The notes under the pieces are model-generated. The model was not told the DNA's origin. It did no database searches and was given only the letters and a program-made list of their open reading frames with translations. The translations under genes and the position numbers were made by a program. From Planctomycetota bacterium (GTDB taxonomy: Bacteria > Planctomycetota > Planctomycetia > JALXBF01): a DNA stretch of 20,000 nt. Each line of letters begins with the position of its first letter. Within the stretch, counting starts at the first letter, position 1. This document shows, in pieces, positions 1 through 7,904 of this stretch. The stretch is taken from positions 106,289-126,288 of the forward strand of contig JALXBF010000118.1 of assembly GCA_026991575.1 (NCBI GenBank), in the 5' to 3' direction.

Positions 1-1
1 C

Positions 2-1819
2 GACGTGCTCTTGCGCCCGGTAGTCGGCGGCAAGCCGGGAAAGCTGGTTGCTGTGGCTTCGACCGACCTGTTTGAGGCGAATGCATCGGTTGCCTGCGAC
101 CGTGACGGCGGTGTCTGGGTTGCTTACGACGAGGGAACGAAGGCCTGGGGCAAGGACTACGGCTTCTGGTGGTGGTATCTGGACTGGCCGCGAGGGACTC
201 GGCTGTATGAGCGGCGGGTGTTGCGGATCCGCAAGATCGAAGGTGACAGATCGTTGGCTGTGCAGCCCGACCTCGTGGGCTCGCTGCCCAGAGCGATGCG
301 GGAGTATTCTGAGTACCCGCAGCTCTGCATCGACCAGCGGAATCGTCTCTGGGTCGTGTTCCGCCACCGCACGGCGCGCAGCCCTCGGGCCGACGGCTGG
401 GCCGCCGCCGGCTGGTGGGAACCCTACCTGTGCTTCTGGGATGGCAAGCGGTGGAGCGACCCGATACCGCTTGAGCGTTCGCTCGGTCGCCAGGACATGC
501 GGACCGCTCTGGTCGCGGGCGGCAACCGCCTGTGGTTGGCCTGGGCCACCGACAGCCGCACGGCTCGCCAGCCGACAACGGGAGGCCACCTCAAGATACA
601 GGTGGGACAGGTTTCGCTGGATCAGATTGCCGCTCTGCCAGGCAGCGGACTGCCGCCCGTCGGGCGTTACAGACGTCCGGAGCTGGCGGACGAGTCGATC
701 CGCAACGTCCATCCCAACGAGGAAGCCGATCTGGAGCGGATCCGGTCGTACCGAGTCGACTACCGGGGCAAGCAGCTGGCGATTTATCGCGGAGACCTGC
801 ACCGGCACACGGACATTTCGTTTGACGGTGTCGGCGACGGGAGTCTGACGGATTTCTACCGTTACGCGCTGGATGCGGCCAGCCTGGACTACGTCCTCGT
901 CGGTGACCACGGCATGGGACACGACCGTGAGTATCCGTGGTGGCGCACGCAGAAGTCGAACGACATGTACTTCGTGAGCGGCAGGTTTGTGCCGCTGTAC
1001 GGTTACGAACGGTCGATTCCCTATCCGTGGGGCCACCGGAACATTATCTGGACTAAACGAGGTTTCCGAACATTTCCGATGACCAGGGATCCGCGGGCCA
1101 AACGGCGGCGGCCGGCACCGGACGACACGCTCCAGCTGTATCGCGAGATCCGACGCACCGGCGGTATCGTCACGCTGCACACGTCAGCAACCAACCAGGG
1201 CACCAACTGGGAGACGGGCTACGATCCTGAGCTGGAACCCGTCGTTGAGCTGTTCCAGGGCTATCACACTTCGTACGAAGGGCGACGCCAGCCGCTGGCG
1301 GTAGACGAAAACACGCCGATTCTGCACGGGCCGTTCAAGCCGGATGGCTACGTGTGGCACGCGTTGGAGAAGGGCTACTGGCTGGGCTTCCAGGCATCCA
1401 GCGACCACATCGCGACGCACAACAGCTACGCGTGCGTGCTGGCCGAGGAGTTCTCGCGGGAAGGTCTGGTTGAAGCCATGAAGGCCCGCCACACGTACGC
1501 TGCCACGGACAATATCGTGCTGGAGTTTCGATCAGGTGATGCGCTGATGGGCGATCGGGTGCGGTACCGCGGTGGCCCGGTCCGCCTCTCAGCCCGCATC
1601 TGGGGTACCGCGCCGATCGCGTTCGTGGAGGTGGTGCGCAACGCCAGTGTCGTCTACTCGATGAAAGTCGACGGGGCCAGTCAGGTGGAGTTTGCCTGGA
1701 CCGACACCGCCGTGCCTGACCGCAGCTTCAACTACTACTACGTGCGGGTGATTCAGGTCGACCGCAACGTCGCGTGGGCCTCTCCGATCTGGTTCGTCAA
1801 GGACGACCTGCGGCGCTAA
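2..1819 (+). CDS. PHP-domain metallohydrolase, CehA/McbA- or DUF3604-like (5' partial), with N-terminal beta-propeller-like repeats
   Basis: The frame is open to the window edge (GAC GTG CTC from position 2). PHP-type metal motifs: GDLHRHTDIS (HxH), VGDHG, GHRN, SSDHIATH. C-terminus YYYVRVIQVD..AWASPIW is typical of this family. Repeated strands DGGVWVAY, NRLWVVF and NRLWLAW lie in the N-terminal part. Confidence 0.75.
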   Translation, partial: DVLLRPVVGGKPGKLVAVASTDLFEANASVACDRDGGVWVAYDEGTKAWGKDYGFWWWYLDWPRGTRLYERRVLRIRKIEGDRSLAVQPDLVGSLPRAMREYSEYPQLCIDQRNRLWVVFRHRTARSPRADGWAAAGWWEPYLCFWDGKRWSDPIPLERSLGRQDMRTALVAGGNRLWLAWATDSRTARQPTTGGHLKIQVGQVSLDQIAALPGSGLPPVGRYRRPELADESIRNVHPNEEADLERIRSYRVDYRGKQLAIYRGDLHRHTDISFDGVGDGSLTDFYRYALDAASLDYVLVGDHGMGHDREYPWWRTQKSNDMYFVSGRFVPLYGYERSIPYPWGHRNIIWTKRGFRTFPMTRDPRAKRRRPAPDDTLQLYREIRRTGGIVTLHTSATNQGTNWETGYDPELEPVVELFQGYHTSYEGRRQPLAVDENTPILHGPFKPDGYVWHALEKGYWLGFQASSDHIATHNSYACVLAEEFSREGLVEAMKARHTYAATDNIVLEFRSGDALMGDRVRYRGGPVRLSARIWGTAPIAFVEVVRNASVVYSMKVDGASQVEFAWTDTAVPDRSFNYYYVRVIQVDRNVAWASPIWFVKDDLRR

Positions 1820-2044
1820 CGCACAGGCGAGCAGCCATACCCGCGATGAGCCACGTAGCCGTGCGAGCGTAGAGCTAAGGGGGTACCGGCGGGGTAGGCC
1901 CGTGGGGGGCGTGATTGCCGGACGCATGGCTGACTGCTGGGACAGCCGCGTATGCCGTATGAGCAGTCCCTGCCCCCGGCAGGCTGCCGGCGTGTGCCGA
2001 GCGGCTGAGTTGCCGTGTGCTGCTGCATAAGCGAGTAGCAGGCG

Positions 2045-3181
2045 ATGTCATCGTATCTGGATCTTTCACGCTATCCGCTGCCGCCTCGTGGTGAACTGCC
2101 GACGCCGGCGTTGGTCTTCTACAAGCCACTCATTGAGGCGAATCTGCAGGCCATGCTTGCTGCCGTCGGAGGCAACCCGGACCGCTTGCGGCCCCATGTG
2201 AAGACGGTCAAGTGTGCCGCCGTTGTACACCTTGAACTGGGGCTGGGCATCACCAAGCACAAGTGCAGCACACTGCGCGAGGCGATGTTGCTTGCCGAGT
2301 GTGGCGTGCCGGACGTGCTGCTTGCCTATGTCCTGGTCGGCCCGGCGGTACGATCATTCGTCGAGCTATGTGTGCGGTACCCTGCCACAACGTTCCGTGT
2401 AACGGTGGATTCGCGGCAAGCAGTCGAACAGCTAGAGTGGGCGGCCGCCAAAGCGGGGATTACCGTGTCGGTGCTAGCGGACATGGATCCCGGCCTGCAC
2501 CGTAGCGGGGTTGCCCCCGAGAGGCTGGCGGATTTTTGTCGCTTGATTGTAGCTCAGCGTCACCTCCGGCTCGACGGCCTGCACTGCTATGACGGGCACA
2601 TCAAGGATTCCGATCCTGAACTGCGACACCAGCGAGCCGCGCAGGTGTGGCAGCAGCTGGTGAAGGTGCTCGAGGAAGTGAGGCCGATAGCGGGCGATTC
2701 ACTGCGGCTGGTCTGCGGTGGTACGCCGACATTTCCGTTCTTTGCTTCGCTTGGCCGTAGCGATGTCGAATGCTCGCCGGGCACGTGCGTCCTGCACGAC
2801 TGCGGCTACGGGCGGAAGTTTCCGGATCTACCGTTTGTCCCGGCCGCGTTCGTGCTCACGCGCGTGTTATCCGTACCCGGTCCGGACCGATACTGCCTGG
2901 ATTGTGGCTACAAGGCGATTGCATCCGATCCACCGCCTGCGGAACGTTTCCTGGTCGTGGGCCGGGAGGACGCTCGGATCGTGTTACAGAACGAAGAGCA
3001 CTCGGTCGTGGAAGCACCGGGGGCGCAGTGGGACGTTGGGGAAGAGCTGTTGTTGTGTCCGACGCACGTCTGCCCAACGGTAGCGTTGCACGATGTGGCG
3101 TACGTACTGGATGGTTCAGGTCGGGTCTGCGACCGCTGGTTGATCGGTGCACGGACTCGGTTGCTTGGTTTGTCGGCTTGA
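2045..3181 (+). CDS. Fold-type III PLP-dependent enzyme, D-threonine aldolase / D-serine dehydratase (DSD1)-like family
   Basis: LPTPAL, RPHVKTVK (PLP lysine motif), DPGLHRSGV, LHCYDGH, GGTPTF, LDCGYKAIASD, QNEEH and HVCPTVALH (H-x-C metal motif). Confidence 0.88.
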   Translation: MSSYLDLSRYPLPPRGELPTPALVFYKPLIEANLQAMLAAVGGNPDRLRPHVKTVKCAAVVHLELGLGITKHKCSTLREAMLLAECGVPDVLLAYVLVGPAVRSFVELCVRYPATTFRVTVDSRQAVEQLEWAAAKAGITVSVLADMDPGLHRSGVAPERLADFCRLIVAQRHLRLDGLHCYDGHIKDSDPELRHQRAAQVWQQLVKVLEEVRPIAGDSLRLVCGGTPTFPFFASLGRSDVECSPGTCVLHDCGYGRKFPDLPFVPAAFVLTRVLSVPGPDRYCLDCGYKAIASDPPPAERFLVVGREDARIVLQNEEHSVVEAPGAQWDVGEELLLCPTHVCPTVALHDVAYVLDGSGRVCDRWLIGARTRLLGLSA

Positions 3182-3336
3182 ACCAAACCGCTTGACAGCA
3201 CGGTGCGGGAGCCGGCGCGGCGGACGTTGTCCGACTCGACCGCTTCACACAGCTGGCCAGAATGTGACGTGGCGATCGTATGGTGGTCTTCAGCGGCACG
3301 CCGCGTAGGGGGGACGGTTCGGCACCTTGCCGTCGG

Positions 3337-4350
3337 TCACCGGGCGTCCGCCGAGACGACCAGCACACCGGATCCCTGAAAGCGGTCTCGCTTCAGCTCG
3401 AGCAGCCCGCGATTTGCTTCTTCGAATGGGACCGTGGTGACGTGGGGCCGCAGCGGGATGCGTACGGCCAGTTCGAGCAGCTCGTGGCCGTCTTCACGGG
3501 TGTTGGCCGTCACGCTGCGTACCTCTTTTTCGAAGTACAGGTGTTTCTCGTAGTTCAGTTCGGGCACCGGGCTCAAGTAGATGCCGGCGATCGCCAGGAT
3601 GCCGCCTTTGTCCAGGTACTCCAGGACTGGTGGCACGAGCTTGCCGGAGGGCGCAAAGAGGATTGCATGTTCGAGCTTGCGCGGGATCTCTTCCCCGATG
3701 GTTCCTACCCAGGCGGCTCCCATCTGGCGGGCCAATTCGCGATGGTGTGGCTGGCGGCTGAAGACGAACACCTCACAGCCCCAGTAGTTTGCCACCTCCA
3801 TGACGATGTGGGCGGAGGAACCAAAGCCGACGATCCCGAGCGTGCTACCGGGCCGGACGTCAGCCCGTTTTAGGGCGCGGTAACCGATGATGCCGGCGCA
3901 GAGCAGCGGAGCGGTCAGCACCGGGTCGACCTCCGCCGGGAGGCGATACGCGTACTCGGCGGGGACCGTGGCATACTCCGCGTAGCCGCCGTCATGGTCC
4001 CAGCCGGTGAAGGTGGCGTGCTCGCAGAGGTTCTCTCGGCCGCGCTGGCAGTAGCGACATTGTTGGCAGGTGGAGCGTAGCCAGGCGATGCCGGCACGAT
4101 CGCCGATGTTCCAGTTCTGGACGCCGGGGCCGAGTTTCTCGACGACGCCAACGATCTGGTGGCCGGGGACCACGGGCTGTTTGTGAGGAGGCAGCTCACC
4201 TTCGACGATGTGCAGGTCCGTGCGACAGATGCCACAGCAGAGGACGCGAACGAGCAGTTCGCCCCGGCCGGGTTCGGGTACGGCCACTTCCTCCAGCGTC
4301 AGCGGTTCGGCCTCCACAGGGGCTGGCTTGTGCAGCAAATGGGCTCTCAT
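3337..4350 (-). CDS. Zinc-dependent alcohol dehydrogenase (MDR superfamily, AdhP/CAD-like)
   Basis: CGICRTDLH, PGHQIVG, structural Zn motif CQQCRYCQRGRENLC, LLCAG and Rossmann GFGSSA. ATG at 4350 chosen over the GTG at 4356. Confidence 0.92.
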   Translation of the reverse strand: MRAHLLHKPAPVEAEPLTLEEVAVPEPGRGELLVRVLCCGICRTDLHIVEGELPPHKQPVVPGHQIVGVVEKLGPGVQNWNIGDRAGIAWLRSTCQQCRYCQRGRENLCEHATFTGWDHDGGYAEYATVPAEYAYRLPAEVDPVLTAPLLCAGIIGYRALKRADVRPGSTLGIVGFGSSAHIVMEVANYWGCEVFVFSRQPHHRELARQMGAAWVGTIGEEIPRKLEHAILFAPSGKLVPPVLEYLDKGGILAIAGIYLSPVPELNYEKHLYFEKEVRSVTANTREDGHELLELAVRIPLRPHVTTVPFEEANRGLLELKRDRFQGSGVLVVSADAR

Positions 4351-4608
4351 GTGCACAATCCCGGCGCGTGCTACCTCAGAGTGCTATGCAGCTGGACCAC
4401 CGTGGACCGAAATCACCGATTGCTGGGCACCGCGAAAGGCGTTCGACTACCCCCTCAGCCGCTCATCCAAGGCTATCAGTGAACGCGCCACGATTCAACC
4501 CGCTGGCTCGTTTGGCCGGGTTGGTTGGCCTTGCCCTACTGTTGCCAAAGGGCTAGTCTCAGTCGGGAGACCGGACGAAAGCGGAAGGCAGAACGCACGG
4601 AGGGCGAC

Positions 4609-5658
4609 GTGCGCCGGATTGCGATTCTCAACCAGAAAGGGGGCGTGGGTAAGACGACGACCACCGTGAACCTCGCCGCGGCCCTGGCGCGCCTGGGTTA
4701 CCGGGTGCTCGTCCTGGATATGGACCCGCAAGCCCACGCCACACTGCATTTCGGCGTCGATCCGACTACGCTGGATCATTCGATGTACGAGCTGCTTACG
4801 AGCGGCACCTCGCTGCGCGAAGCGGTTCGGCACCTGGCGCCCAACCTGAGTCTCGTCGGGTCGCATATCGACCTGGCGGCCGCTGAAGTTGAGCTGGTCG
4901 GGGTTGTGGGCCGAGAGGTTATCCTACGTGACTTGCTCCGGAAAGAACTCTCCTGCGACGAACAGGGCGCGACGCCGGCGATGCCGTTGCGGTGCGGCGC
5001 AACCGCGTTCGCGCTAACGCTTGATCGCGACCGGCACGAGCCCCCGGACTTCCTGCTGATGGACTGCCCCCCGTCACTGGGCATCCTGACCCTGAACGCC
5101 CTGACGGCAGCCAACGAGGTGTTGATCCCGCTGCAGCCGCACTTCCTTGCCTTGCACGGGATGTCCAAGCTGCTGGAAACGATCGCGCTCGTGCACCAGC
5201 GAATCAACCGACAGCTTCGTGTCACCGGCGTCGTGTTGTGCATGGTGGAGACCAACACGAAGCTTGCCGCCGAGGTGGAAGCCGACCTGCGCGATTTCCT
5301 CGAGCGGCGCCGCGACAGCCGATTACCCTGGGCCGAAGCGGTCATCTTCGACACACGTATCCGGCGCAACATCCGTCTGGCCGAGTGCCCCAGCCATGGC
5401 AAGACCATTTTCGAGTATGCCCCGACCAGCAACGGGGCGCGCGACTACTTCGATCTGGCCCTGGAACTGGTTCGCCGCCACGAGGGCGAGCACGATGCGG
5501 CCACGGCGCCGACCGGTGCCGGCGTTGCCCTGCAAGAATCGGCGCGATCGGAGGATCAGTTGGACGGCGCAAGCCGCCAGCCGTCGCAGCACGATGCAAC
5601 CGAACCTGCGATCTGCGTCGGAGAAACCAAGCCGGCAGAAGGGGAATGCACGCAATGA
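4609..5658 (+). CDS. parA: ParA/Soj family ATPase (no adjacent parB)
   Basis: Deviant Walker A NQKGGVGKTTT, Walker A' DMDPQ, Walker B DCPPSLG and Soj-like IRRNIRLAECPSHG. GTG start at 4609 follows GGAGGG (4599-4604), so the ORF-track start at 4525 is probably too far upstream. Confidence 0.93.
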   Translation: MRRIAILNQKGGVGKTTTTVNLAAALARLGYRVLVLDMDPQAHATLHFGVDPTTLDHSMYELLTSGTSLREAVRHLAPNLSLVGSHIDLAAAEVELVGVVGREVILRDLLRKELSCDEQGATPAMPLRCGATAFALTLDRDRHEPPDFLLMDCPPSLGILTLNALTAANEVLIPLQPHFLALHGMSKLLETIALVHQRINRQLRVTGVVLCMVETNTKLAAEVEADLRDFLERRRDSRLPWAEAVIFDTRIRRNIRLAECPSHGKTIFEYAPTSNGARDYFDLALELVRRHEGEHDAATAPTGAGVALQESARSEDQLDGASRQPSQHDATEPAICVGETKPAEGECTQ

Positions 5659-5954
5659 GCTGGCCGCAAGCGCTTCGCCCTGAGACCGAAGTGGTGTTGC
5701 GCTGGCTTGAATGCGAGGAAGGCATCCAGGACCAGGTGTCCGATCTTGTGGCCGCGGCGGTCCGCGGAGTCCACGGCCAAGAAGCACGTTTGCAAGCAGC
5801 CGCAGCGGCAGTGCGTCGGTGGATCGAAGAACGTAACCCGCTGCGCGGAGAAGTGAGCCTCTTCTCGGAGCTGATCCGAATCGCTCTCGATCGGGTCGAA
5901 TGGACTGCCGTGGCCGAGTGGCTTGTCCCGGAAGAGGAACCCCTCTCCGACTAG
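5655..5954 (+). CDS. Hypothetical 99-aa acidic, probably helical protein (MSWPQALRPETEVVLRWLECEEG...EWLVPEEEPLSD)
   Basis: Its ATG (5655-5657) overlaps the parA TGA (5656-5658) as ATGA, with purine-rich AGAAGGGGA upstream. It is the C-terminal part of track ORF 5238..5954 and has a protein-like amphipathic pattern. Confidence 0.8.
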   Translation: MSWPQALRPETEVVLRWLECEEGIQDQVSDLVAAAVRGVHGQEARLQAAAAAVRRWIEERNPLRGEVSLFSELIRIALDRVEWTAVAEWLVPEEEPLSD

Positions 5955-6524
5955 CCGGGCACTTTCCGGGCAAGCTGGCCGCTCCGCGGGCCGGCAGATC
6001 CGGACGCCGTTCTGCCGTCGCGGATGGTACCACGAGCGGACTCCCCACAACACAGGTGGGGTAGCCGTGTCGGGAGTTTGCCGCCGAATCGGACCGGTTT
6101 ATGGCCGAGGGGCCCGAGCGGCCTTCAGCGAACCGCATCTGTCGAGTGAGCTCCACACACCCGTCCCGACACGCAAGCCCACGGGCGAAGCCATTTCGTG
6201 GTTCTCGGAATGGCGCAGGTGCTCTGCGCCGGCGGCTGGCAGGGCCCGGCGATGCCCACGGGACGCTGGCCCACGACTAGAGACCGCGCAGCGGCCCTCT
6301 TGGACGCTGCGGAGCTGGTGAGGTGGCCACAGTCGTTCGAGCAACCTGACCGGCTGCGCCGCGGGTACGGGTCGAGATGCCGTGGGGTCCCCCGGCCTCA
6401 TCCAGAGTCACCGTGTCGAACTGCCGCAGCGCGGAGCAGAGCTGCATGTTGTGCCACGGTGTGGCGACCCGGCGTGAGCTATATTTCGGCGGCGGATCAA
6501 CGGCATGTCCGATAGGGAACCGTG

Positions 6525-7904
6525 ATGCGCGTGTTGATGGTGAACAAGTTCCTTTATGCGCGTGCCGGTGCGGAAACGCAAATGTTGCGGCTGGGCGCGG
6601 CGCTGGAGCGGGTAGGGGTCGAAGTGGCGTACTTCGGTACGGCGGACCGAAGGAACGAAACGCCGCCCGACCGTTCCTACACCTTCGCCTGCCCGCAAAA
6701 CGAGCACTGTCGGTCGCTACGCGACCGCTTCATTGCCCTGGCCAACCTCTTCACTGGACGCGGTGGCCAGAACGTCTTTCTACGTGCCCTTCGCGAGTTC
6801 CGTCCCGACGTCGTGCACACGCACAACGTGTATCATCAGATCGGCTGCGCGCTGCTCCCGATTGCACGCGACCGCGGTATCCCGCTGGTGATGACCGTAC
6901 ACGATTACAAGATCATATGCCCGACTTACAACCTGCACGACGGCAACAGTCCTTGTTTTGCCTGCCGTCATCGCCGTTTTTGGCACGCTCCGCTTAAGAA
7001 CTGCCATCACTTCGGCCGCACGGCCAGCGCGCTGCTGGCGGCGGAGAGCTTCTGGAACGAGCTCAACCGGTTCTACCTGCGGGGCGTCGATCGGTTCGTG
7101 GTTCCCAGTCGCTACATAGCCCGGCTGCTCGCCGATAGCGGCATTCCAAGCCGCCGGATTCTGGTACTGCACAATGCGGTGGACACGCACGGGTGGCGGC
7201 CCGCGTCTGGACCGGGCGGTTACTTCCTGTACGCGGGACGGCTGGCTGCGGAGAAGGGGATCGGGGTTCTCCTGGAGGCGTTCCGCTCGTTGCCGGGCGT
7301 CCCGCTGAAAATCGCGGGCACCGGGCCGCTACAGGACGAGGTATCTCGGGCCGCGGTCAGCTGCCCTTGGATCGAGTACCTTGGCCACGTCTCGCACGAG
7401 GACGTACGCCGGCTGCTGTCGGACTGCCGCGCCGTCATTCTCCCAAGCGTCTGGGCGGAGAACTGTCCGATGATCCTGCTGGAGGCGTTTGCGTGCGGAC
7501 GCCCGGCCATCGCCAGCCAGATTGGCGGCATCCCCGAGCTGTTCGAGTACCCGCAGACGATTCCGCCGGGATTGCTTGTGCCTCCGGGCCGCGCGGAGCT
7601 GTTGGCCGAGGCGGTGCGCACCCTATGGCAGTCGCCAGGCTTGGTCGAGGAGCTCGGCCACGCGGCCCGGTGCGCGGCAGAGAAACGCTTCGCGCTGGAC
7701 CGCTACGTGCAGGAGATTCTTGCACTGTACGGCCGTCTGTGCGCCAGCTGCCGATCCCGGCCCGATTGCTCCTCAGCGGTTGGTTTGACTCATGCGAGCT
7801 CCGCCTTCAGCGACTCCAGCAACCGCACGGCCGCGGCGATGTCCCGCTTCTGGCGCTCCGGATCGTGCGGGATCTCGCGCTCGATGGTCAGCGGCCCGGT
7901 GTAG
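6525..7904 (+). CDS. Glycosyltransferase family 4 (GT-B, RfaB-like)
   Basis: MRVLMVNKFLYARAGAE, PDVVHTHN, TVHDYKIICP, YAGRLAAEKG and the EX7E motif ENCPMILLE followed by ASQIGGIPE. Start is ATG 6525 or GTG 6522. Confidence 0.92.
   Translation: MRVLMVNKFLYARAGAETQMLRLGAALERVGVEVAYFGTADRRNETPPDRSYTFACPQNEHCRSLRDRFIALANLFTGRGGQNVFLRALREFRPDVVHTHNVYHQIGCALLPIARDRGIPLVMTVHDYKIICPTYNLHDGNSPCFACRHRRFWHAPLKNCHHFGRTASALLAAESFWNELNRFYLRGVDRFVVPSRYIARLLADSGIPSRRILVLHNAVDTHGWRPASGPGGYFLYAGRLAAEKGIGVLLEAFRSLPGVPLKIAGTGPLQDEVSRAAVSCPWIEYLGHVSHEDVRRLLSDCRAVILPSVWAENCPMILLEAFACGRPAIASQIGGIPELFEYPQTIPPGLLVPPGRAELLAEAVRTLWQSPGLVEELGHAARCAAEKRFALDRYVQEILALYGRLCASCRSRPDCSSAVGLTHASSAFSDSSNRTAAAMSRFWRSGSCGISRSMVSGPV

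Noticed and set aside
1820..2044. Short inverted repeats in the first intergenic region (GACTGCT/AGCAGTC and CCGGCA/TGCCGG)
   Set aside because: Stems of 6-7 bp are expected by chance in GC-rich DNA, and there is no U-tract or recognisable RNA motif.
4150..4165. GHQ instead of the canonical GHE in the alcohol dehydrogenase
   Set aside because: This is a common variant in this MDR subfamily and the other Zn ligands are intact, so it does not indicate inactivation.
5238..5654. N-terminal 139 codons of track ORF 5238..5954
   Set aside because: It overlaps parA in another frame and is Arg/Gly/Pro-rich like a shadow ORF. The real start is most likely the ATGA-coupled ATG at 5655.
6165..6220. Faint resemblance of ACGCAAGCCCACGGG to the c-di-GMP-I riboswitch core (GACGCAAAGCC)
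   Set aside because: The upstream GGCAAAC...GAAA stem and the rest of the consensus are missing. An Rfam scan would be needed to support it.
5923..6515. ORFs 5923..6321, 6198..6515, 6099..6401 and 5323..6156 in or across the parA-GT4 gap
   Set aside because: Arg/Pro/Ala-rich, with no recognisable motif or clear RBS; typical of high-GC chance ORFs. A small real gene cannot be fully excluded.
4351..6521. parS sites or a plasmid/prophage partition cassette around parA
   Set aside because: By eye I found no TGTTTCACGTGAAACA-like palindrome, iteron array, rep, integrase or phage gene. The flanking genes look chromosomal.
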